Assembly (NCBI RefSeq): GCF_033153115.1
Contig: NW_026889805.1
Span: 1,178,001 to 1,242,000, forward strand
Direction of reading: 5' to 3'
From: Saccostrea echinata
Taxonomy: Eukaryota
Length of the DNA stretch: 64,000 nt
Below are positions 27,077-39,285 of this stretch, piece after piece (position 1 is the stretch's first letter; every line of letters starts with the position of its first letter). The notes below the pieces were generated by a model. The model saw nothing but the letters and a program-made list of their open reading frames with translations, was not told where the DNA came from and made no database searches. The position numbers were made by a program, and so were the translations under genes.

Positions 27077-27217
27077 TTTTTAGCTCACCTGAGCCAAAGG
27101 CTCAAATGAGCTTTTCTGATCAAAAATTGCCCGTTGTCTATCGTCGTCGTTGTCGTTGTTGGCGTCGTTGTCGTCGTAATTTTTTCACATTTTCGTCTTC
27201 TTCTCCAGAACTACTGG

Positions 27218-27248
<31 letters not shown>

Positions 27249-28100
27249 TCTTGGGTAAAGGGGATTCAAGTTAGTTCAAATGAAGGGCCACGCCTTCTTC
27301 CAAAGGGAGCTAATTGCAAAATCGTTAAAAATTTATGGCATTTTTAAAATCTTCTTCTCAAGAACCACTCTGCTAGAAAATATGAAACTTATGTGGAAGC
27401 ATTCTCAGGTGGTGTAGATTCAAGTTTGTTCAAATCATGACCCTCGGGGCTAGGGTAAAGCCTAAATGGACGATCAAAGTTTTACAAAGGAATATATAGG
27501 AAAAATCTTTTAAAAAATCTTCTTCTCAAGAACAGCAAAGCCCTGATTGGTCATATTAGTATGGAAGCATTTTCAGGTAGTGTAGATTCAAGTTTGTTCA
27601 AATCTTGACCACTTGGGGTAGGATGTGGTCACAGTGGGCCATTAGATTTTTACATAGGAATACATAGGGAAAATCTTCAAAAATCTTCTCAAGAACAGCA
27701 AAGCCATGATTATTCATATTTATCTGGAAGCATTTCAAGGTGGTGTAGATTCAAGTTTGTTCAAATCATGACCCCCGGGGGTAGGGTAGGGCCACAATGG
27801 ACGATCAAAGTTTTACATAGAAATATATAGGAACAATCTTAAAAAAATTTCTTCTCAAGAACAGCAAAGCCATGGTTGGTCATATTTGTATGCAAGCATC
27901 CTCAGATAGTGTAGATTCAAGTTTGTTTAAATCATGACCCCTGGGGGTAGGGTGGGGCCACAATGTAATTTCAGACTTGTAGGAAAAAAGTCCCAGTTCA
28001 AAAAATATGTAAACATACTCAGTTCGTGTAGATTCAATTTTGTTCAAATCATACATCCCCCTCTCCCTTTTAGGGGTAGGTTGGGACCACTTATGCATTT
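27077..28100 (+). mobile_element. Helentron-associated non-autonomous element (HINE) with an internal ~167-bp satellite (Cg170/BIV160-like)
   Basis: Head ttttagctcacctgagccaaaggctcaaatgagc, (gtc)n microsatellite, then 4-5 tandem units with cttctcaagaac recurring at ~27354, 27521, 27685 and 27851. Confidence 0.8.
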
Positions 28101-28667
28101 AAGCTTTTCAATACTAAACTGATTTTTGTGTGGGTGTAACCGGTCGACAAAATGCTTACTCTTCCTGGGCATCTGGGGTTTCCAAGGATCCATATTCTTG
28201 CCCTAATTTACGACTCATTATGAATTTTATCACTGTTGGTTATTTTTACGTTTAGGTAATCTTCTTGGGCACAAATTTCAGACCCCAGGGAGGGGGGCTT
28301 CGATGTTTGTGAGCCCGATAATTATTAAGAGGGCATATAACTTGATGTGGATCTCGGATACAAAAGAAAGTCTTTTAACCCCTTTCATTGTCGCGTGTAT
28401 ATAATGACTTCTATTGTAAAATATAAACTACTTAAGTGTATTCTTCTCAGTACTGTTTGTCCAGCTTGCATTTATTGACACAAATTTTTAAGGTGGATAT
28501 TGGATTTCAACGTTAGATCATATTTAGAATACAAATAATGAAAGAACAGAATTTTTAAACAAATGCCATACCCATTTTGTTGTTTTAATAGATCGTTTTG
28601 ATGAGAACTTTAAAACTTAGACATAGATTACATAATAAAAACTGTAAAAAAAAAAATTATCCACAAA

Positions 28668-29903
28668 ATGAAAGACAGGAGAATGATCGGACAACTTTTT
28701 GCTGTTATTATTTTTGATTATCTATGTTTGTTTTCTGAGGCATATACAATAAATGATGAACTGAGTCTACATACAGCGATATTCAATTCCACATACGACC
28801 GAGACGTTCGACCGGGAGCAAGTAGATCCACTCCATTACAAATTATGGTTACGTTTATATTTAAGAGTATAAAGGAGCTTGATGAATCTGTGGGGAAATT
28901 CTCCATTACTGGAGCTCTAGGTGTTTTCTGGGTAGACCATCGATTGTCATGGAATCCAACTGATTACGGAGGGGACTTGAATACAACCGTAGTCCCGCAA
29001 AAGAAAATCTGGATACCCTTCCTTGTCAATACAATGGACTTTGACACATTAAAACCGATTGGGCACAACGAACTCAATTTAAGAGTCGCAAATGATGGAA
29101 AAGTCACTTGGATAACGCCTAACATGTTTGAGAGTACTTGCGATGCTGATATGTCTTTTTACCCATTCGATTCACAGATTTGTACCTTGAGGTTCTATAT
29201 ACAAGGATTCACGCTCTCTGAAATCGTATTCGCGATTCCTAAGTCTTCCATGGACATGAATGAATATAGTGAAAATGGTATTTGGGAAGTAAAAGAAACT
29301 CAAATTTATATTGCCATAAACTCACAACAAATTCAAGAGGTTCGAATGACAATCAGCATGAAGAGGCGCCCAGTTTATTATATATCTAGTTTGATATTGC
29401 CAGTTATTTTTCTTGCATTTCTCCAGTTGTTTGTTTTTGTAATGCCACCAGAATGTGGTGAACGCGTTGGATTTGTTACCACGGTTCTTCTAGCCATTGC
29501 TGTCTATCTCACCTTAGTTCAAGATAAATTACCAGAAGGTTCTGAACCCAGTGTTTCCTTCCTCAGTTACAAACTATTGGGAGACTTCATGATCGGGGTA
29601 TTCATGACAATAAGTGTGATTGTTGGGCTACGATTTTATCATAGGGAGGAGGAAACGGTAATTCCCGATTACTTGGAGACGTTTCACAGAATGTTGTTTC
29701 GTTGTTGTCGTTGCAAGAGAAAACATAAAGTGAATTTTGACGAGAAGAAAAGCGCAACGGAAGTGACCATTGATTCTGTATCTAAGATTCTTACATGGCG
29801 AGACATCGGAATGGCAATAGATCGTTTCTGTCTTATTCTCTTTGGAATAATTCTGGTTATTTCTAACGGTGTTTATCTCGCAGTAATGTGTTTCTATACT
29901 TAA
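28668..29903 (+). CDS. Divergent nAChR-like Cys-loop subunit, intronless CDS (copy 2, 411 aa)
   Basis: Same architecture as copy 1. Cys-loop CDADMSFYPFDSQIC, identical M2 peptide, aataaa at ~30000. Confidence 0.93.
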   Translation: MKDRRMIGQLFAVIIFDYLCLFSEAYTINDELSLHTAIFNSTYDRDVRPGASRSTPLQIMVTFIFKSIKELDESVGKFSITGALGVFWVDHRLSWNPTDYGGDLNTTVVPQKKIWIPFLVNTMDFDTLKPIGHNELNLRVANDGKVTWITPNMFESTCDADMSFYPFDSQICTLRFYIQGFTLSEIVFAIPKSSMDMNEYSENGIWEVKETQIYIAINSQQIQEVRMTISMKRRPVYYISSLILPVIFLAFLQLFVFVMPPECGERVGFVTTVLLAIAVYLTLVQDKLPEGSEPSVSFLSYKLLGDFMIGVFMTISVIVGLRFYHREEETVIPDYLETFHRMLFRCCRCKRKHKVNFDEKKSATEVTIDSVSKILTWRDIGMAIDRFCLILFGIILVISNGVYLAVMCFYT

Positions 29904-31681
29904 GATTGTCCTAAATGTATTTTCCCTGCACAAAAATTTATATCTTTTTCCTGTTTCAAATAGCCATAATTCATTCACAAACCACGTTCAACGGAAGTAA
30001 ATAAAAGGTCAACATGAATAAGCTATTTTGTATAAATAAAAAAAGTTGAAGGTTATATTAAATAATTTTAGTTGTTAGGATTTTTCGTCAGGTGACCTAT
30101 GAAAGATAAAGTAAAATACGAGCGTTTAAAGTCCAAGAAATCTGAAATCATTTTCAAAAGTCCATTCAAACAATAAAATTTATTAGGAGAGCCAACACGG
30201 GCCTCTGAAGGCAGGGGTGGGAACAGGTGCCATAGAGGAGAAAACATTCCTATAAATTTGATTCAGAAAAGGTGTACAGTAAAACTAGGCATCGCAGAAC
30301 GGAACGGTGTAAGAATTATGGTAATCGATAAGAAATTATGTAATCTGTTGGTCGGAAAATATAATATATAGGTAAATGTTAACACAATTTCCTGAAATTT
30401 CAATTAAAATCACAAATAAAAAAAAAATATCTGAAATTATTATTATATATACGTACCTATCCTATTAAAGCTGGTTTGGAGATAATTCAAGCCCTCCATG
30501 TTGACATCGTGTGGTTAATTGGTCAGTATGTCGAGATGTTAATTCCTCCGTAAACACCATGTCGCTATTCAACCTGTCGTGTGTTTCTTTTATTATTTTT
30601 TTATTAAATGATCGTTGAGTATTGTTATCTGATTATTAATGAACCAAGTTTCATATCACAGAAGGTGACACATTCAGTCTCTAATCAGCAAATTTAAACA
30701 GAGCTATTTGAAATTCTTAATCACATTTTAAAAAGTGCAGTTCCAAGGTTGAATCTTACTTTATTACTATGGATACCTAAAAGTGAAGTGTCTTGGGAGT
30801 ATCCCAACCCAAATGTGGATCACACAATTATCAGAAGGTATCACACTACTGAGTGATGGTTACCAATGGTTGTACACGTCAATTATAATAAATTCAAAAA
30901 CTGGTCTTGGTTAATGATATTCCTAGAAAAAATGCATTACCTGATACATGTAACAAGTTTATTCAAATTTATATATCATGCTTACCTATAACTAGTTTAG
31001 CTGCATTGAAGATATCTAGCTGGCACTTTGATGGTGCCAATTTGAACCTGTAATTTTTAGGCTGCAATTTTATTACAGATGCTTGCAATACTAGTTTACT
31101 CAGCTAATCATATTTATGTGCTAATTCCTTTACCTCTGATAGAGAGTCTTTCCATAGATATTATTAATGCCTGTTATGCATGAATGTTTATCTGAAATTA
31201 TATTATTTAAGAAACATCGTAAAAAAGTGATAGATCAGACTTAGTTTTGATTATGGTTACAACGAAGAATGAAATTACGTGACATCTCTTCTGACATTTT
31301 TTATGTAACTCATACTTCAGGTTTGTTTGAAGTGTCTCTTTTTTTAGTTGCCTATTGAAATAATGTTAATATCTGATTAAATACTAAGATAATATAATTA
31401 TATGTAACATTGTTTTAGTCTTGAGAAGAGTTTACAATGATGAAACATGTCGAGAATTAGTTATACTATTAACCTATTAATCGTTCTGAACGTCTTGCAG
31501 TTAACAGATTGGCAATTCTGTTTTTGATTACCATTCCTAATACTGTAAACCAATTTTTATACGCGTGTGAGAAATATTCGCAAGATCCGAGAGCCATTCA
31601 AGCTCGCTGATATTAGTTATTTGATGTGTCATGCTTTATTCATGTAAATATGATAATCGTGTCTAGTAAAGTGATGGGCAG

Positions 31682-31839
31682 CCGCTGGCGGATTTAGAGG
31701 GGGGACCCAGGGGGGCTGCCCCCTTTTGTGTCCAAAATATACATAAGATTTAATAAATCAATTTTTTGTGGCCATTGGCCCCTACCCCGACCCCAACTGC
31801 CCCCCCCCCCCCTTTCCAAGATTCCTGGATCCGCCACTG
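31682..31839. mobile_element. Short MITE with G/C-run subterminal arms
   Basis: Imperfect TIR ctggcggattta / ggatccgccactg, with a G-run and a C-run inside. Confidence 0.55.
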
Positions 31840-32049
31840 ACAGCAACTTGTATATTGGATGTTTTCAAAATAAGGAAATAATGTTACTTTTTCTTATCAA
31901 AATATATGACTTTATTAGCATTCAATATAATTTAAAAGTTCTACTATTAATTATAAATTACTATAATTTTGTCCGAGGTTTTTTGTTTAACGTTCCTCTT
32001 CAGAATTTTCACCATATGGAGATGCCAACACTTCCGGTGGAGAGCTGAC

Positions 32050-32530
32050 TTATCCTACTTGTGCTTTATTCCTTAACTTCATAAAATTCCTTACAAACAA
32101 AGATACATTGCAGGATCTAGAAATTTCTCTAACAAGCCATTATCTTCACTCCTTACAAAAATATTAACTGCTGTAAAGGAGGACCTCAAGACATACTGTG
32201 CTACTGCATATTTTAGAAGTGGTGTTAATCAGATGCGGATCTTTAAAAACTCTGAAGAACTTGTAGAAACTTTAAAACTACCAAAATTTTCGAAAGTCTA
32301 TAACATCAAAACGTACTCTTGTTCTACAATGTCTCACGATAAAGAATAATAAAAAAGACTTTTTGATATCATAGACAACTGCCTTTTCAATAAAAACGGA
32401 ACTCGGAAACCAAGTTTTCCATAAACTGTTGGGATTCCGATGGATACTAATTGTTTTCCTTATTTGCTGGCCTGTTTTTATATTTCTATGAAGAAGAATT
32501 TATGTGAAAACTTCTACATAAGAAGAATAA
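32050..32530 (+). mobile_element. Penelope-like RT fragment
   Basis: RSGVNQMRIFKNS and VGIPMDTNC motifs, frameshifted. Confidence 0.65.
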
Positions 32531-33239
32531 AAGAGATATGCAGGTGCCCTATGATGGATATTGATTAAATAAACACAATACCTTTACCTTTATCCTAAGC
32601 AATTTTCTCACAGTCCAAAATATGTTCTCGTCGTATATTATAGAGGGTAATTAATGTATTAAGTGTTAAGTTAGTATGGGATTGAGGAATTGTCATCATT
32701 AAAGCATAAAAAGTAAATCAATTACAAAAATAAAGGTTTTTAATGAAAAAATTATCACTAAAAATTGGTATTTGGAAAAAATGCAGAGCTAGGGTAAAAT
32801 ATCTGATGAATTCTTTTAAGATTTGTTTTTGAGAGGGGTTTTTATGAAAGATAAGATTTTAGATTTCTTATTTAAAAATAATTGATCATTTTACATACTC
32901 TTAACAGCCTGTGTCGAACAGTGCTTAGAGGGTTTGCTCTATATTCGCGAAGTAAGGAGTTGAACCATACGTCACGGGCTCGAATCCCATTGCGGGACGC
33001 GAAGACCGATCCATCGGATGAGACCTGAGACCGTATACAGAAGACCATTCAAGAAGATTGACAATATTCAGAAAATTGACAATATTCAGAAAATTGACAA
33101 TATTCTTTTATATTCATATTATTTCAAAAAGTAGCCCAAGGTAAAAATGATGTTGATTACATTCAAACTCTTAGATGTAATAAATTAAATAAAAATACAA
33201 GTATTCAGCTATTCATGATTATCATTACATTTTACTACT

Positions 33240-33530
33240 GTCGCCCGCGTGGTGCAGTAGTAAGAGCGTCTGCTCTAGAGTCGCAGAGTAAGGAGTTGAT
33301 CATTAACTCGGGACGTGGGACGTGGAGACCGGTCCCTCGGATGAGACCGTATAAACCGAGGTCCCGTGTCGCAGTATAGGTGCTGACATGCTGGCACAAA
33401 AAAGATCCCTCACTGCTCAATGGCCGTGAGTGCAGAGTATAGGTCAAAATTTGTAGCCCTCCACCGGCAAGTGGTGGCGTCTCCATATGAGTGAAAAATT
33501 CTCGACAGGGACGTTAAACAACAAACAAAC
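33240..33530 (+). mobile_element. tRNA-derived SINE with Deu/Nin-like central domain
   Basis: tRNA-like head, core ggatgagaccgtataaaccgaggtcccgtgtc, tail gggacgttaaacaacaaacaaac. Confidence 0.8.
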
Positions 33531-34840
33531 ATCTTATTGCTTGAAGAAAAGTAAACAATTAAAGCTAATTACAATAAACATGGATCATATTTATTTATTT
33601 CTGACAAAAGGGAAAAAAAAGCATTTTTAAAATTATGCGTAAATTCATTTTTTTCCTCCTCAAATTATATTCCGGAGACGTAAATAAAAAGCAGATGAGA
33701 ACAATTCTATTTGGCACATCTGAATTTGTTTCAGGACATGATAGTAACTATCAATATGTCTCCCAGTGTATTCAAGAGCATGTTCTTTAACATTTTTTTT
33801 TAAATTAGACAGAGTACTGATAAACAAGTGAATGTATAAAAGTCTCGTTTGGGGTTTTCTATGGTGGATTCTATGATCTTGTTTGCAAATACTATTGGTC
33901 ATTAGGTCGAATCTTGTCTGACGAATAACATACAAATTTTTAAGCCATTATTTACTTACTGAATTTATTATGAAATTCTTCATTTACTCAATCATAAAAA
34001 GGAGCACACGGATGGTGTGATCCGTCGACAGGGGATGCTAAATACCTTTATGGCACTTGCTCTCACCTCCGATATTTTTAGAGATCCAAGTTTGCTCTGC
34101 TTACAATCGTTTAAGAAATGAGAATTATTTTTGTTTGTTATGATCATATTTCATGGACTGAATAGATATTATCGATGAGGAACTCTCGTATCTTTCAAAG
34201 AAAATTTATTAAGAAGATGAATGATCTGAAAATGACCAACAAAAGATGCAAAAATGTCAGTGCCTCATTTTTGATTAAAAAAGAAGAAGCATATATTCTA
34301 TGATTCAAAAATTTGCTTTTTATTAATCGTACGGTAAGAGTGTTGAAAAAGGAAAGTTTTTTATTGCTGTTAGTTTCGGAATATTTGTTTGATTTAATTA
34401 AAATATGCTATCAGCGCTAAAGGCAGAATGCCCTCCTGAGACACTATCGGATTATTGTATTATTTGTCTCTAATCAATTCTATGAGTAAGTTGTAAAGGG
34501 AGTTGTTTGACATCATTAACGTCGAATTTCCGCTGTCGGGCTTTGTTTAATGAAGGAGCTTTAAATTTAGTTATCATATGGAATATTAAAGATAATTTTC
34601 AAGCTCTTCCCCAAACCTGGATACAATTTTAGTATTAGTTCGAAATGCTTTAATAGTTTGTCTTAGCTATAATTTACTCAGAATTAAGAAGAGCATTTAG
34701 CGATCTGTTTCTTTTAGTCAGAATAAATATTGGTTGGAATCTGAATGTCTAATATTCAGATATTTATTGTTCACTTTTCAGAACGACCTCTCCCGATCTT
34801 CATTGGTTTCTTCCTAATGATTACTTATGTAATAAGAGAT

Positions 34841-36070
34841 ATGAGTGCAACTAGAATATTTTTGAGATTGGCATATCTGGTGTGTATTTCATCTTTGACT
34901 AAGACGTATACATTAAAAGATGAGCTGAACCTTCATGCAGCAATATTCAATTCCACCTACGACACGAATGTTAGACCGGGAGAAAATAGGTCGATTCCAT
35001 TACAAATAAATGTTACTTTTTACTTCAAGAGTATTAAAGAGGTTGATGAATCTATTAGTAAATTCTCCATAACGGGAGCCCTTGGTGTGATGTGGAAAGA
35101 CGACCGTTTGACTTGGGAGCCTTCTTACTTCGGAGGGGACCTGTATATCACAATTGTCCCACAGAAGAAGATTTGGATGCCTTTCCTTGTCAATATTAAT
35201 GCATATAACGAATTGAAAGAGATTGGTTCCAGCAACATGGATCTAAGGATAGAAAGCAATGGAGGAATAACTTGGGTTACGCCCAACATTTTTGAGAGTA
35301 CTTGTGACGCCGATATGTCCTACTATCCATTCGATTCTCAGACTTGTACATTACGATTCTATATACCAGGGTTCATGCCCTCTGAGATCGCATTTACGAT
35401 TCCTGAGAATAGCATAAACATGAATGAATACAGTAAGAATGGTCTGTGGGATGTGACAAATACTAGGATGTATACAGCCCTAAACATTCTTCAGTTCCAG
35501 GAGGTACGAATGTCCGTCACAATGAAAAGACGACCGGTTTATTACATATCAAGTTTGATATTACCAGTTGCTTTTCTCTCTTTTCTTCAGTTGTTTGTAT
35601 TCTTGATGCCACCTGATTGTGGTGAACGTGTTGGTTTTGTTACCACGGTCCTTCTAGCCATTGCTGTCTATCTCACCTTAGTACAAGATAAATTACCAGA
35701 AGGTTCTGAACCCAGTGTTTCATACCTCAGCTATAAGCTACTCGGGGACTTTATGATCGGAGTGTTCATGGAAATTGGCGTTATTATTGGGCTACGATTC
35801 TATTATAGAGAACATGAACAAAGAATTCCAGACTACTTAAAAACGCTTCATAGAATTTCCTTTTGTGACCTCTCCTGTTGTTACTTAAAAAAGCACAAAG
35901 TGGCTACTGATGAAAAGGAAACCATGGAAGAGATAAAGAACCCTGTGTCTGAGCCACTTACCTGGCTGGATATCGGAAAGGCGACAGATCGCCTCTGTCT
36001 TTTTATGTTTGGATTCGGTCTGATGAATTGTAACATAGTGTACCTGATTGTCATTGTGTCGTTCTATTAG
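34841..36070 (+). CDS. Divergent nAChR-like Cys-loop subunit, intronless CDS (copy 3, ~409 aa)
   Basis: Start placed at MSATRIFL by alignment with copies 1 and 2; the ORF is open from 34745 and there is a probable 5'UTR acceptor ttttcag at ~34780. Cys-loop CDADMSYYPFDSQTC and M1-M4 are intact. Confidence 0.9.
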   Translation: MSATRIFLRLAYLVCISSLTKTYTLKDELNLHAAIFNSTYDTNVRPGENRSIPLQINVTFYFKSIKEVDESISKFSITGALGVMWKDDRLTWEPSYFGGDLYITIVPQKKIWMPFLVNINAYNELKEIGSSNMDLRIESNGGITWVTPNIFESTCDADMSYYPFDSQTCTLRFYIPGFMPSEIAFTIPENSINMNEYSKNGLWDVTNTRMYTALNILQFQEVRMSVTMKRRPVYYISSLILPVAFLSFLQLFVFLMPPDCGERVGFVTTVLLAIAVYLTLVQDKLPEGSEPSVSYLSYKLLGDFMIGVFMEIGVIIGLRFYYREHEQRIPDYLKTLHRISFCDLSCCYLKKHKVATDEKETMEEIKNPVSEPLTWLDIGKATDRLCLFMFGFGLMNCNIVYLIVIVSFY

Positions 36071-38369
36071 GCTTGAACTGTACGTAATGCCTAATGTTTA
36101 CCTTTACGTCCTACAGTAAAGTTTGCGCTATATTGAAACACTCACAAGATGTGAGATGTTAATTAAAACATAACAGCATTTTTATGATATTGCAACACAT
36201 ACCTTATTTTAGATTCTCCTTCGAAAGTCCATGACTTTAACACATGTGAACTGCGCTGTTGTAATGACTATTTTTTTTTTTGGGGGGGGGGGGGGGGATG
36301 CTGGAAATCCAACTCATATCCATCACCAAAGAAACCGCCTGAAACGCAAGTGTCGGATTTTACTTTACATTTCTTTCTCAATATTTTATAATAAAAATGC
36401 GATTACAAATTAATAAGATAATATTTGTTTATCTGCCTTATCCCACCTCGGATGTTTTAGAGATTCATGTTTGCTTTGCTCATGATTGGTATTGTTTGAA
36501 TGGACTTTTGAGCTTGATTAATGTTCGTTATCTCCATATTTCACGTCATAAAGGTATACCCATTTTTATTACGACGTGTTTTCCCCTGCTTTATTCAGTT
36601 AACAACAAATATTATCCCGTTAAACCTCGGAGACAATTAATATAAAATAGGTTCCGATATGTGTATAAGATTGAGTATAGCATTAAAATTTATGTACAGT
36701 TCTTTTGTACAGTAAATTTATATAGCTGACTATACACCCATCACTCAAGTAGATTAATGATTGGAAAATCAATAATTTTTGTAACAGAGATTTTATGACT
36801 CTTGTGTTCTAGTGAAAATAAAAATAAATCACTTACCAACAAATAGTGAAACTAGATAACATTTTATCAGTTCATTAAGTATCTGAAGTTTAAGTTACAA
36901 TACCAGAAGCGTCTATAACAAGTGTTTTTCTACATCAACTACATCATTGAATGTTTTTATTATAATATTCCAACATATTTATCAATCTGAAAAAAATATA
37001 AAACATACTCCCATTCTTATCATAATCAAGATGTGTTTGTGAAACACCGATGCCCCTATATGACAGCTTATAGCGAAAATTAAAGTTTGCCAAATGCAAG
37101 TCTAAAATAAAAATCCAGGTCAAAATTAAAAAAAAGGTACCCAAAGAATGGTATTGTCACAAGGAAAATGCCTGTGGAATAAGAGAGTTCTAGCACCAAC
37201 CTTTCAAAAGTAATGACCAAGGTTAAAGTTTTCAAACTCAGTTTTATTAGATGGTTCAAGTTTTGAAAATTTGTTGTAAATGTACAGAGCTTTTGTCATC
37301 TGACAAACTTGAGTTCGAATACAATTATGCAAGTATTTCAAAATCATATACTCCTAATAAAGTTCTGTTTTGCACAGATCAGAATCTTACTAATTTTATT
37401 GGGACATTGTTTAAGTTTCTAATTATCGAACTTATTGAATTTAAACTCACCTGTCTCTTTGCTTAGAATTATTTATTCAGGATTTCAGTAATTAGTTATC
37501 GTGCAAAATCAATGAATATTATTTACAGTCGTGCTTCTCAATAATGCAATGTTCAAATAAAAGTTCACTGAAGAAATATAATATTTACATTTGCATTAAA
37601 TATATTTCTTAGATGAACCTATTGAACAGAAAATATGTTCAATTCTGTCCGAACTTATCAGGGGGTCAGAGGTCATGGCGTGACCGAATCACACAGCGAG
37701 ATGATATCTTGTCTGACATATTTCTGTCCCGGTGACACTGGTTTCGGAACTTCTAAGCCGTTAAACTAAAAGCGATGAAAAAGATAAAGTTATTGAAACA
37801 TTTTTTTTTCGTTCAACAAATAATCATTAGTTCTTTCTTCGGTGTGAAGAATGTTTTTAATTAGCCTAAAATCACGCTTACCTTTTTAACCTGAAATTCC
37901 TTTGAAGGTAGGCCTATGTAAACTGAAGACGATACCACCGCTTTTGACTTCATATATTAAGAACTCATACAATAATAGTAAGATTATTCTCAGTAGCGAT
38001 AATTGTTTTTTTTTTCATTATGAACAGATATTTCCTGAACTGGACTGCTGAACATCAATGTAAGTATTCAAATGTTGGAGCGAGGCGAACTCTCAAGACC
38101 AAACAGCTTCTAGGTCATTGCGCGTCACAACATAGCAATACGGCGGACCGTTCGTGTAATAAATGAAAGTTCTTTTCAGAATATTCGTCTCAAATGTAAA
38201 TAAAAGTAATAAACAAGCCCTTCGGGCTTCACAGGATTTGATCACGTGACCAACCAAGTTCATTTCCCAGAGAACTTTTTAACATTGTTGTTTATTTCTT
38301 AATTATATTAATAATGTTTACATGCAATAAAAACCACATAAGGAATTGTACTTGAACTTTTTGTTATTT

Positions 38370-39285
38370 CATCAATGAAATATGTGGAGATAACGAACAG
38401 TATTCAAGCTCAAAAGTTAAACAATACAAATTTTGGAGCAGAGCAAATACGGATGTCTAAAACATTAGAGGTGGGATCAGGTGCCATGGAGGAATAAGCA
38501 TCTCCTGTGGACCCGTCACACCCACCGTGTGCTCCTTGTCATGATTGGGAAATAACGGTAAAATCCGTCGACAATTCAGTGTGTAAATAATGGCCTAACA
38601 ATTAGTTTGAAAAAGTCAGTCAGCATTTGATTTAATGATAGATTGTATTTGCCGACAAGGTCAATGTATCGACCATAGAACTTACGAAATGATGACTTTA
38701 GACGTGACTGTTGATATTCTTGTTTCATTTACTTGTTTGTCAATAACTTACCTCGTTTTAGAAATTGTTCCTATACGTAGAGAGCATGCTCTTGTGTATC
38801 GAATCAACTGAGAGATATAAACCCCGTATGCAAGTGATAAGGATATATTGCTGCATAAGTAAGAGAAGTTAATGATTGAAAAGTTAAAGTCATCACGTTT
38901 ATCATAAAGCTTTGTTGTTAGATTACCATTAACGTCTTTTTCTAGTAAAATATCCAAATATGAAACAGATGTGACAGACTCTGTGGTATCTTTTATTTCA
39001 AGCTCACCGGGATATATCGTGTCGACAAAAGTATGGAAATAACCATTGTTAAATGACAATACGTCGTCGATATATCTAAATGTTGAGTTGAAGGCCACAG
39101 CAAGTGTTTTCTTCTTTTCACTTCAAAGATTTTAAACAAATTCTGCTTCATATGAATACAAAAAATAGGTCTGCTAATAACGGGGCGAAATTGGTACCCA
39201 TGGGAATTGCGATAGACTGCTGGAAGATCTGGTCACCAAAAACCACATAGATATTGTCAATCAGAAATTCAAGCATCTTTTTAGG
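38370..39285 (-). mobile_element. Penelope-like element 3' half
   Basis: IPMGTNFAPLLAD, FRYIDDVLS, KLYDKRDDFNFSIINF, QLIRYTRACS, and the 3' motif at ~38465-38530. Confidence 0.8.

Noticed and set aside
34745-34840. N-terminal extension of receptor copy 3
   Set aside because: Not shared by the paralogs and contains a likely splice acceptor; the signal peptide fits the ATG at 34841.
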